Positions 11,797 through 23,782 of a stretch of DNA of 47,133 bases are shown in pieces. The notes beneath the pieces were generated by a model. That model saw nothing but the letters and a program-made list of their open reading frames with translations. It had not been told where the DNA came from and made no database searches. Position numbers and translations under genes: made by a program. The DNA comes from Catajapyx aquilonaris (taxonomy: Eukaryota): NCBI GenBank assembly GCA_000934665.2, contig KZ538039.1:124001-171133 (forward strand). The letters run 5' to 3'. Each line of letters begins with the position of its first letter. The first letter of the stretch is position 1.

Positions 11797-12942
11797 TCAG
11801 CAACTGCATCCACCTTCAACTGCAGTACTCTTCTCTGAGGAATGCAAGCTAACAACCTTAGCGTCCTCAGAGGAAGGTGACATTGGTGGCAGAAAGGGCC
11901 TCTGTCTCTTTAGTTTCAAGGCAAGTGTCATGAAGATAGCCTCCACATGATTGGCCTCACTGTCATCCTTAGCGGAGGTCTCGAAAAGGAGCATATTATG
12001 GGAGTCGGCAAATCTTTGAGCAGCATGGGTGTGAACAGCCTGCTGGTCTTTACAATCACACTTGTTACCAACCAGTATGCGTGGGACATCAGGACCCAGG
12101 GAATACCTATTGCATTCTTGGATCCATTCTGTGAGTGACTGAAAAGTGAATAATCAAATCAGATAATGGTCCACACTGCCTTCGCATTACAACTTGCCTC
12201 AAATGTAGACACTTTTGTCACATCATACACAAACAAAACAGCATGCGTGTTGCGGTAGTAGTGCTGCACCATGGAGCGGCGAAAACGCTCCTGGCCAGCT
12301 GTATCCCACAACTGGATCTGAAATGCAAAGATCAGCCCATTCAGTTGTAAGATCCACTTTTAGGCCGTATTTACATGTGAGCGATTCACTCAGCAATGAG
12401 CATCGCTGAGCGATGAAACCAATTGTTTGGGGTAACAATTGCATTTCGCTCCCAAACAATTGACTCCATCGCTCAACGATGCTTATTATTACACATCACT
12501 GATCAAATCGCTCACATGTAAACGTGGCATAAAACATCAATCAATCGCCTCTGTACGCAACCTTGATATTTTCTCCTTCCACAGCAAGCACCCTTTCTCG
12601 AAAATCAACTCCAATGGTGACCTCCGCATCCGGCCTGAACTCTCCTCCACAGAAACGAAAGGTAAGACATGTCTTCCCAACACCCGAGTCACCAATGACA
12701 ATTATCTTAAAGACCCGAAGTCGCTTCGCGACATGAGTCGTAACACTTGACACAGGAGATATGGTCGTGGTAGTGGACACGGTGTTCAACCTTGCAACAC
12801 TACTAACGCTGCTAGTGGACGCCAAGAATACAGCAGAAGGATGAGTACTCGTTGGAGAGTCGCTGGTCACCGGTGAATCAGGCTGCCCCAAAAATGGGGA
12901 AATAGCCGACGGAGGAATTTCTTTGCTCGGCGAGTCCTCCAT
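11797..12942 (-). CDS. Rab33: Rab33 small GTPase
   Basis: Exons 12942-12562, 12317-12198, 12138-11797. Motifs [68 protein letters not shown] and a C-terminal CSC prenylation motif. Second coding intron is GC-AG. Confidence 0.93.
12363..12529. mobile_element. PIF/Harbinger(Tourist)-like MITE in Rab33 intron
   Basis: GGCCGTATTTACATGTGAGCGATT ... AATCGCTCACATGTAAACGTGGC, flanked by TTA and TAA. Confidence 0.65.
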
Positions 12943-13268
12943 TGTTCACTCCGCACAAGTCGACACCTGACAAAGGAAATTGGCATGTACACACAGCAGC
13001 TATTAATTAATATGCTGTCAATTGGAAAGCATTTTAAAATCCACTAGTAAAACCTGGATCACGTTTTTATGTCAATAATGATGTGTCAGCTGAGCGATAA
13101 GATAACGAGTCTATACAGCATTACCTTCAAATGATGCGCAACATAGGCTGCAGGATCATACGCGCAGATTGCAGCCCTTGCTAAAATCTCGGTTAACAGC
13201 TCATTACGCGAGCACAGAGAGGAGAAAGAGAGAACTACCCACCTCTAGTTACACAATGTACGCCTCCT

Positions 13269-13300
13269 CCGCCATCTTGAATGGAAAGGAAGCCATCTTT
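13269..13300 (-). promoter_or_regulatory. Rab33 5' region with two AAGATGGC (YY1-like) motifs
   Basis: CAAGATGGCGG (13279-13269) and AAAGATGGCT (13300-13291); 5'-UTR acceptor tgtcag| at 12966. Confidence 0.5.
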
Positions 13301-14652
13301 GGTCGGATACAGTACCGTATAATTCCGACCTGTGGATCTACACTTGTCACAAAAATATAACATAAATTAACATAAAAGAAAATAAATGATGAGAGGTTCC
13401 ATCAATCAGCAGGAGTTGGCAGAATATGATACAACAAACTCATGTTTCCAGTGTATTTTTTAATTCACAGGGTTGTATTTATTAATACTACAGAGCTACC
13501 ACATTATGCTTTCAATTATTTGGGTTTTAAACAAACTCAGTGATGTAATAGGAAGTCACACTAGGAATAATTTCGGAAATTTGTAACAGAAAATGACACT
13601 GTGATGCAATTAAAAGTTAATGTTATGTTAAAACACTGGGATTTGGTCCCCCCGAAGAAGCATGCACACATATCTATTCCGATTCTATTCCTAGTATAGG
13701 CCTGGCATTTGTAACTGGGGTACTAAAACTGTTGGTTTCATTTCCGACATCATTGAAAGTCAAACTTGCCGTTGTAATGTCAGTACACCAGTTCCAATGC
13801 CACTATTATACAATGCAAGAAGTATGTTACAAACCCATCAACATGACGTATAAACAGCACTCATGGCAGATACAGTATCACAATAACATTTGCAAAATAA
13901 AAACAAATATCAAAACTTAAATTCAACGCATATAATTTTTTTAAATAATTTCATTTTAGTGTACATTACACATGGGCCTTCAGAAGCAAAACTCCTGGAA
14001 ACTTGGCGCAAAAATCATTACTTTTGTATCTACTGCACCACACGTACTTATTTATTGAATCAGTGCTCAGTGGCACCTTCCTCAAGCTCTAGTTAGCTTA
14101 TCCACCAAATTCACGGATTGAACCAACCAATGCTTATGCATCTCATAAAATGCACCAGCTAATGAGATAACTGGCTCGCACGCAAAAAGTCAGTCTGTTA
14201 AATAGTACAGTACTTTGACGCGCTTATTTTTGGCACCGCATATCAATATTCCAACAATTGATCAATGCCAAATAACTACACTTGTTAGAAAGGTGTTGGA
14301 AGAGTATCAACAATGCAAAAGAGAATGATAGTGTTACGCTATTCTATTGCTACAGTGCAACATGACAACATAAATACAGTGTGAGGTTAGGAAAACACAT
14401 CAACATTGGCACGTGGCAAATTCTCGTTCCAACTGTCATTCTTGACACTATAATTATCTTATAAAATGAAATTACAATTGCCCATTGGAATCTTCATTAA
14501 GAAATGGTAGCCCTTGGCAAAAAAATAATAATATAAAATGGAAGGCATAAATGAGGCACAGACAAGTAGAAATTACATGCTATACTACACTTAAGGGGTT
14601 CTCATCAGACGGCAAAAAAATATTAAATAAACAGAGGACAAGGATATATTCC

Positions 14653-17600
14653 TCAATAGTCTGAATCTGAATCCGTTCCTCCTACAGCCCCACCAGCAGC
14701 TCCGGAACAGTGAGGAGAATTGCCGTCCTCCTGCATTTCCAAAATGTGATCCACTGGATGTGGTCGCCCATCAGCACCGACCCTGCATGGCTGTACTATA
14801 CCTTCCCTGAAAAACATGAAATATTTCCCTATGACCATACCCAGCTAAACGGCCAAACAATACCGTTTAATAAAAATAACAAGTCATACTTGGCCAGTTT
14901 GTCCATCATGTTGACAAGCTGCATGGCTTCGTACTCTTTCTGCTCCTCAGTCAGTCCTTCCATAGGGTTTGGCCTTGGAGGTTCATAGCAGCCCAATACT
15001 GGATTGATCCTATGCAATTCAGTTATCAGTACAATGTAAGAAAATGAAACGAACTATTTACAAGACACCATGAATGCATTAGGCTGCACTCCCACAAAGT
15101 AAGAACTCCAAAAATAATGAAGTGGGTGTGATTTGCCCTATTGTGAATTCATCCAAGCCGGTTTTTATTTTTAATGGTTCCTGACGAGGAAAGAAAAAGA
15201 CTCACTTGTGCCTATACTTCTTGTACTCCTCTGTGTCCGAATCCTCAGAGTCGGAGGAATAGTTCCCCTGTCCCCTTCCTCCCAGAAGGAGCCCTCGATT
15301 GGCCAAGAGTCCTGCTGCATTCCCATACCCAGTGTACTTCACCATGCGTCCAACTGAAACCATTGTCAATGATCAGTAATCGTTCTCAGTGCTCTGCACA
15401 GTGCCAGAATGAACAATACCATTTTCCTTGCACAGCACAAAAAGAAAGTCAGCTGCCAAGTCCCTCACTTCAGTGACAGGGGTGGTCAGCAGTCGACATA
15501 GCCTGTTCCTCAGAGTGTTGCCTTCTTCCGGACGGCTCATGACATCAGTTAGAGGAGGGAGCACTTTCAGCCGCATGAACTTTCTGGCAGCCCTGTGCTG
15601 TCTGGCGCATTCACTCAGCACTCCCAGCACTGGGATCAGGCTTTCTTTCAGGGTGGCAGGGCTCTAATTTTAAAATGTAAATGACAATTTGCATATCAAC
15701 AAAGCCAAATAATGAAAATCAAAATCAAAACTAAAATAAATGTCACTTTAACTTGGTAAGATTCTGAATAATTGAATCAAGTTCACTTTGGTTCTCCACA
15801 ACCTCCCTTTATCTCCCTTTCCCCATGCCCAGTTTTGCAGTTTTACTTACTGGTAACTTCTTGAGCCGAGCATCTAGAAAAGCGAGCAATTGCGCCACTG
15901 CCTGCATGTTGAACCCATCATATTCTGCCTCCCTGGGAACTTCGGATGAGTCGTGGTTCCTGATCCTAGTAACTGGAACCATCAGTTCCTCGAGACATTG
16001 AGGGGGAACATTGGTGAGAAGATTTGTGGAATGGTTAAGGAGTTCCTCTTTCTTGGCTGGAGTGATTGTCATTGACGACAGGAGGTCATACAATATGGCA
16101 ACTAGGCGCTGGAAATGCGCCTCCTCTTCCTCATCCTGGGCGCGACGGATTGAGCGCACAGTTAAGTTGAACAGGACCTTCAGGACTTCACAGATCAGGT
16201 CAACCTAAATTGAATTACAGCATTAAATGTGGAGATTAAAAATCACATCAACCTATCAGTTTACCTGCTCATCAGTGAGGATTGGTTGATATCCCTGTCC
16301 AGATATGACCATGGCAGCTTCATGGTGGATGTGGTCCTGTTGGTCATCTTGTGCCTCCTTCAGCACAAGGTCGAGAACTTCCATGAGGTAGGTGAGCCCA
16401 TGCTGCTCATTCTTGAGCCTCGGCCTAACTTCCGGACATAAAGCTGTGATCAGGAACAGCATCTTCATATCAAAGAACTTGATTCCATGGGCAAGCTCTG
16501 GGTCTCTGTATGTCTTAAGCCGCAACATTATACCAGGGACAGCCCCGTTCTTGGAGCACAAAGCCTGTGCCACGGGACTGTTGAAGATCAGGTTGCACAG
16601 ACATTTCTGTGCTTCCACCAGCACTAGATGTGTAAAAATAATGATAAATGGTCATCTCCCTAGTGGACATGATCAAATATGTCTCTTCCTGTGAAATGTT
16701 ATACTGTATCTATTTCTTAATTAGTGTATCTTTTCCTTACAGCAAGCACATACCATTTTATTGGATTTGTTATTCAAGTGACATGTTCAATGCCAAGAGA
16801 TATGCTTTGCTCTGCTCAATGACAGCAAAGCATAATTATAGCTATTACAGTGCAGCATGCCCTTCACAATAAATGACCAACAAAGCATAAGCAATTGAAT
16901 TGATTGGATGCCAAACAATCAATGCTTTATTCCACAGCACTGAAGGCATCTCTCTGATCAAATGTCACCAGTGGAAATTCAAGGTTTTACATGCCTAATA
17001 TCATCCCACTTGTCTAAACACAATTACGCATGATGCAAAAATTTCATCGCAAAAATTGTGCCGCTTTCCCACAAGGAGAGCAAACAAATGACAAAATTGG
17101 GCGTCTGTTTGGAGGAAGGGGGGGAAGAGGCTGAGTTTAATTTTCTCACCTTCATCGGGGAAGTCAATCTGCTGATTAACCCTGGAAATGGCTTCTTCCT
17201 CTGAGACAAGCCCCGCCTGCTGAAGCAACACGTCCACCCAATCGCTGCAGACCAACTCGTTCAATTCACACTTGTCGCGACTGCACACACCAAAAAAAAG
17301 AGAAGGGTTGGGGGGGTTTAAGGGGTGGCAACAAGAGACAAATCCAAACAGACTATTATCATACTCAAACAACCAGTAACAGAGGGTGAGGGACTGATAT
17401 GTTACCTGAGTATGCGAATAGCTTCCAGGCAGTGTCGGTGGCAGATGCTAGACTTGGGGTCCTTCAGGCGAGAAAAAAGGGCTGTCCAAAGTCTCTTTCG
17501 ACGTTGCCCCTTGGACAGCTCAGGAAATGTAAAGGTCTGCATGTGCTATGAAAGATAATTATAGTTACATTAAAAAGTGCAGTTTAAAATTTTTTAAATT

Positions 17601-19050
17601 ATGCATGTAGTTGCTTGAAGCTGACATGTCCAATACCAAGGAATTATGAAAAGATAAACGACTTATGCTTATAACAAAAACACACAAAATAAGAAAACTA
17701 CGTGCAGGCAAATCTATTACACCCACTGAGATTTATGCAAGATATTTGTTAATTATTCACTCAATGATAACAAATCAAGCCCTATTACTGTATGTGTCAT
17801 TCAAAATAGAAATGAAAAGCGGATAGATGTGATTAATCTGGAAAAACCAGTAAGTTGCTCTTTACTTCATAGTGTTGGGATAGTCCCAAGTGATGGTTTA
17901 AAATGTCATTCTTCCAATCAGTTTAGCTAAAAATATTTCCCCTCTTACTACTGCACAACAGTTTTTACCAAAAGCACTCAACCAGCAATTTCTGATGCTG
18001 CATAAGCTAGCTGCAACCTATACACAGACCACTTATGATAGCGTATACTTTGACCTACTTCTTGAAGGCCATTCCTCCAATACCATACTCTTTAATATTA
18101 GCCAATAATTGTATCTCCAATCGCCGACTATGGCCGTTTACTACTTTTGTTCCAGTCGGAGTTTTCATGACTTTTACCCGCAGATTCTGAACCAACCACA
18201 TCATTGTTGGTAGTACTTGAATAAGTGCACATTTTCCCTCTTTACGTCCTAGTCTCAGGTCACTAAGGTCAATTAACCAGCTGAAGGTATACTTTGACTG
18301 CAAATGTATCCTCACTTTTACCATGGTTTACTTATTTTGACGACATAGTTAACACAACAGGACATGTCCAAATGTACAGTAGCTTCGACTATCCATCCTA
18401 ACTGGAACCATAAAGTGTCCAGTTAATCTCAATCAGATTGGCTCTCAATCAAAAGTTGGGATTGGAAAGGAGCAGAAATAGCCAAAAAAAAATTGCATGT
18501 TACACAAGGCCAGTTGCAACAGTTCTGCAACTAACAAAACACCTGTGGCAATGATGAGCAAAACACACACATGCCTTTGTACAGATAGCAGTAAATAACA
18601 TCTGGATAATGCAAAAAATCAAGATAATCATTCTGCATAGTTTTACATGTGCTACAGGGTGATTAAGGTAAATGCATCATTAGGTCCAGTACTGATCTGG
18701 CCTAAATATTCACTGACTTGATGCAACATGAGTGTTTCAACACAGCACCTGCAGTTTTCCTGTAAACTCATTAATATCTTTGGTAACAATAGCACTTTGC
18801 CTATTGTTTCGCACCTGACAGGTTCATAGAAACAGCTCTGCCCCAGTTTATCATCAAGAAACGGTGCTGTTTGCCAGATCTATAGTTGATGGCCCTGCTA
18901 CTCCAAACCTTGTGGGGCATGCTGGCCCACAGGTCGCATCATGTGGGTCAGTGACACCCCGGTACGCACCTGCTGGTTGAACCGGTGCAGCATCTGGGTG
19001 GCCTCCTCCAGAGAGCACACCTCGAAGGTGGACAACTGCGTCTCGTCCAT
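14653..19050 (-). CDS. ric8: Ric-8 / synembryn, G-alpha chaperone and GEF
   Basis: Exons 19050-18970, 17545-17406, 17280-17150, 16623-16265, 16204-15851, 15663-15420, 15353-15206, 15009-14890, 14806-14653, all phases consistent. Motifs [31 protein letters not shown]...[55 protein letters not shown]. Confidence 0.95.
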
Positions 19051-19227
19051 CCCCAAGCCCCAGTCCACTTGCCCGACGAGGATATCCTGACGAGGCTCCG
19101 TCTCACTCTGCCGACGACGACGACGACGGGCCCTTTTCCCCCCCGACTTTGCCACCCGGTCCCCCCAACCCTCCCCGATCGATGTCGACTTCGCCGATTG
19201 ACCCCTAAACACTCTCAGACACTGGGC

Positions 19228-19240
19228 GCCGCCATCTTGG
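19228..19240 (-). promoter_or_regulatory. YY1/TISU consensus near the Ric-8 5' end
   Basis: CCAAGATGGCGGC matches SAASATGGCGGC; CCAAT (ATTGG on +) at about 19278 upstream; CpG-rich region. Confidence 0.6.
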
Positions 19241-19462
19241 AGGTTCGGCAGACACGTGATCAGAATCAGGCCTTATGATTGGCTAGGAACAGAGCAGCGT
19301 TTGACACTATATATATTTTAATTCAATCTTTAATTTTTATCCGCAATTTTAATTTTACTAATGTGAAATAAAACAATTGTGGTTATTAATATTTTTTGTA
19401 CATGACATGTGACGTCACAAACTGCCGGGCTTTTTGAAGTAAACACTGGTTCAAATCAAATA

Positions 19463-19860
19463 CAGTTGAATCCGGATATAACAGACTTCAAGTGACAGCG
19501 GAAAATGTATGTTATATCCAAATCGTCGCTTTTGCAATGAATACGCAAAGTTTTTAGCTTTCCACATCTTTACAATGCACACTGATGCATACTGAAATCC
19601 ATCAAAAATGCAATATTAGTTCACCCGAATATTACGCAGGACCCCCCCAAGAGATATTTTCTTCTCCCATCTTTTTATTTACCAATTTTATACCAGAAAA
19701 GTCTTATTATCCCTTCAAGGGGCCAAGAAATGGTCTGTTACACCCGAGGTGAAGTGCAAATGAGTTTGTTATATCAGGATGTAATGCTGGAACCGGACTT
19801 TCGAGTCTGTTATAACCGAAAGTCCGTTATAGCCTAGGCTGTTACATCCGGATTCAACTG
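19463..19860. mobile_element. Tc1/mariner (pogo/Tigger-like) MITE, copy 2
   Basis: TA|CAGTTGAATCCGGATATAAC ... GTTACATCCGGATTCAACTG|TA; homologous to 6953-7419. Confidence 0.9.
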
Positions 19861-20596
19861 TAGCAGCTTCAGTAATGACAGAATATTCTTGTGGCATAGT
19901 TGCAGGCCCTTACCTGAAATATTGGCACACCTGATGGTCGTTGCATGACAGGTATTATAGGGCTATATACCAATGTCGAGTCATTGCCACTGTCGAAAAT
20001 ATTCAGGACCTTCAACATCCTGGTTTTAACGAGTGTGAAAGTATTCGTTGCTAGCAATAATTGTGATTCATACGTGCTCAGAAGTCAATGTCCTACCAGT
20101 GCAGAACTGTACGTTGATATATTTATCAGAAGTTGACATTTTGAGGTTATAGTGTTGCTCCAACAGGGTCTATCAAGTGTCAGCGGAAACCAACTACTTC
20201 CCCTCAAGGATTATCAGTAGTTGCACAACATATAAAAAGTGAAAAGTACTGTAACACTACATTTATTCCAAAAAATAAGGAAAAAAAGGAAAACAACAAT
20301 GCCCAAACCAACTGTTCAACAAAATAATAACTCTTAGAAACAAGGCTACAAACTTAGTATTTATAATAGCATGATAATTATGTTGGATTGTGAATTCTCA
20401 CCAACGAAAACAAAACAGTGAAAAATATTACCTTCCGTCCATAACGATACCTTAAGAAAAACAAATTACTTAACAAAAAAAAGCTTACTTCTGACGACTA
20501 ACGTCTTGCTACCACAACCCATATCATGTGCATAAACATACTTATTTTGTTTGGTTCAGTGTACACTGTTTTAAATGATTTACAAAAATGTGCAAT

Positions 20597-21830
20597 TTAT
20601 CCCAGGCATATGTAGGTAAGCAAGAGTGAAACAGTAGTAGTGAAGAGTCCTCCCAAACGTTGATCTGACCAAGATGACCCTGCGCTTTTCTGGGTCGTGG
20701 TCTCTGGGGTCATGGTAGAAGAAGCTGTTCCAGATGATGATGATGCAGATGATGATCCAGATGATGACCCAGATGTCTCCGGTGAGTCAGGTGATGTTGG
20801 AGGTTTGGTTGCTGTAGATCCTGAAGATGCTGAAGTTGATCCTGTAGTAGTGGTCATGGAGGTGTCTTGGGAAGTTGTCAAGTCATCTGTGTTGGCAGTT
20901 GTTCCGTTCATGTCGCTCAAGTACATCATTTCCAGTTTGCACAAGCGGAACATGAGTATCTCCTCGGTGCAGTTTTCTGATCCCTGTAATAACCAGATTG
21001 TATTTATAAAGTGCCCTGGACAACAATGGGCCAAAATCACTTCCTACAGTAGTTACAACTGCGAGTGTTACTGCAGTGCAGAAAACTAGACAAGTCAGGT
21101 TAATCAATTTTAAAATGTTGTGAAGTTAGTTGGAATGTTGCCAAGAGTTATTAGCTCTTGGTTTTGCCAAAAACTATTTCCTCCATGAGCAAACAATATT
21201 TACTTCATTTCCCATCCGTTATTACAACACAACTTTGCAACTTTGTTTCTAGGGGCACAGCCACAACAGCTGTTGTGCCACTTAAACGGGTGATCTAATT
21301 CACCCATTAATATTGAAAGAATCAAATTTTTTGGCCGTTCATAACATACCTTGCACAACGAAAAGCAATTGGCCCTGCACTTTTCAACATCATTGCAATC
21401 CATAGGCACAGCAGCCTCATTCAGGTCTTCAGACGCACCGCTGCCAAGATGCATCATGCAACTGCACACATTCCTGCAATTTATCAGAATTAGATCAATT
21501 AGTGTTAATTACGAACATGGAACGTCATAAAACCGGTGTACACATTTCTTTTAAAATTCATGTATCATAAGTTATGATGAGTGTCCCACAAAATCACTGT
21601 TAATCAAGCAGAACTCTTCCTGTCTGTTGGTCCACACCAGCAAGGACACTTTCACCATGACTTCCTGCTGGTTATACCCCCATAAAAATAACTAAATAAC
21701 CCCCCAAAAAAACTCACTCTTCATCCATGGTGGTCGTTGTAGAGTTGGTCTGGAACAAGTCCATGAGACCAGCACTGACCACTCCAAATAACATGAGTAG
21801 AGACGAAGCGATGTAAAGTGGACGCGCCAT
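20597..21830 (-). CDS. Uncharacterised secreted, probably GPI-anchored protein (207 aa): signal peptide, 8-Cys module, Ser/Thr-rich stalk, hydrophobic tail
   Basis: Exons 21830-21718, 21473-21350, 20983-20597 with GT-AG and consistent phases (2, 0). N-terminus MARPLYIASSLLMLFGVVSA; C-terminus KSAGSSW...LFTTTVSLLLTYICLG; AATAAA at 20267-20262. Confidence 0.75.
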
Positions 21831-22941
21831 TTCGTCTCTTTCCTATGCGGTAAATGTGTGGCAGACTAATGCTTCCCTCCCTCTCCACATATCGCGCACA
21901 GGTGTGTATGTGTGCAGTACACTGCTGCACACTTGACTATCCCCATTTTTCCAACCAGTTATTGCGACAGAATTATTCATCACGACGTACCGCAAAAGTG
22001 CGTCATCACCTTGTTGTTTTTTTACTGATAATACCCTTTCTGGTTGTTTATGCCCCCAAAAAAATTGGTAGATTGATTTAGCGACTATTTAGCGACGCTC
22101 CTTTACATGCACATGACAAGCGTAAAATCGCATCCGATGCATTTCAACAGGCTGATTGCAAAAGGGGTGACATAATATTTAGTTAAAATAACGAGTAAGT
22201 TGTCAGCACTTGAAAGCAATTACACGGCGAATTAGTGTCACAATACATTTCAATACATAATTTAATATTGTGTGAAAATGTTTTCTATAACGATTTCCTT
22301 TCTGGCTATAAATGTACCGATCTGCCGCTGTGTTGTTGACGTCACCATAAAAATACAAATGGGCATAACCTCTCTCCCCCAACTCTTCCACCCCCTGACA
22401 CCTATACCACGCTGTTCTATTTTTTGTCCACTTGCACCATACCTGCGCTCCAAGTCCTTCGATTGGATATGCGACATCCGGTGAGGATTGAAAAGTGTCA
22501 AATGCATCATTTATGGTGACCCCGAAAAATATTGGTAGACCCATTTTTTTGATGTCAAATGTACCTAGCATTCTGAAATGCTGGTATTGTCTATATGGAA
22601 TGAGCATGTGACGCCGTTGACCGGATTTATGCTGCAAACACCACCTGTGCCATTATTGTTGACGAGCCACGTCAGTGATTCACAGATTCTGATGCCTGAG
22701 TCACAAAAGAATAATACACGTACAGTATATCCTCTCTATGCATGGTGCATTATACGTTTTTGTTTATCGGTTCGTCCGAGCATTACATTGATGAACAAAC
22801 TGCGATGTGTTGTGAAATCCCTGATTATAACGGAGTGTCGCAAAAAAATATTTATGAACATTTAGCTTTCCGTCATATTATACGAAATGCATGGAAAATC
22901 AAGCAAGTTTCCGCTGTGTTGAAGGGTCCGTTAGATTTCAG

Positions 22942-23148
22942 TGGGGTCATACAGCATAGAGGAAACTGAATCCGTTTCAGAACGGGCACGTATTGCCAAA
23001 ATAGATTGATCATCTGATATTATCATGTGAACAATAATTATTCTGTGCCTAATCATTCTCGTTGATATGAAATGAGATGAACAACAATCTGGATTGGCAG
23101 TTAGAAACCGGTTCCGGAACTGGTTCAGTTTCCTTGGTAAATGGCCCC
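22942..23148. mobile_element. Degenerate MITE (GGGG termini)
   Basis: GGGGTCAT...GGAAACTGAATCCGTTTCAGAAC versus GTTCCGGAACTGGTTCAGTTTCC...ATGGCCCC. Confidence 0.4.
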
Positions 23149-23782
23149 ATAGTAGGCCCTAAATGAATATTTTGAACACGGAACATGTACTGCAACTGTG
23201 AAATATATTAACAATAACGTCCAACAACATTAATACGCATTTACAAAGTTGAGGAAACCAATTGTCCAATCACATTTTATTCAAGCCGTTTCCATTTATA
23301 CCATTCTGTAATTTAACAGAACGTCGAGTTACAACTACAACAAATAAACAGAGCATGTGAATTGAATAGGTCTATTATATTTTTATTCACTGTTCAGTGT
23401 TCACTGAGTGTAACCGTTTATTAGATTGATAAACCCCTGACTATATGGTATTAGCTCGTGAAAAGGTGTAACATGTGTGCATATGTGAAAAGGGGTGGGC
23501 CGAAGTAGATTTTGGGGGGGGGGGGGGGGGAGGGCTGGGGAGGTAAGCATATGGGGAGTATTTTTGTTCGTTTTATTCAGGCGTTTCTTATTCGTCGGAC
23601 ATTCTTCTCTAAACTGTGATTGAGCCAAACAAAAAAAGATGCTGTAGCAAATCTGAAGAGAGACGAGTGTCAGCACATCTCCAGGGGATGTAGTCTTCAG
23701 AAGCAAACCACAAGAAACCTGCCAATATATCTGATTAAAGGGCCTGTGGGAAACCAGACAAGATGCCAAATGTGCACCTTTT

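Noticed and set aside
22203..22637. 144-aa minus-strand ORF
   Set aside because: No recognisable motif or convincing splice context; probably intergenic or repeat-derived
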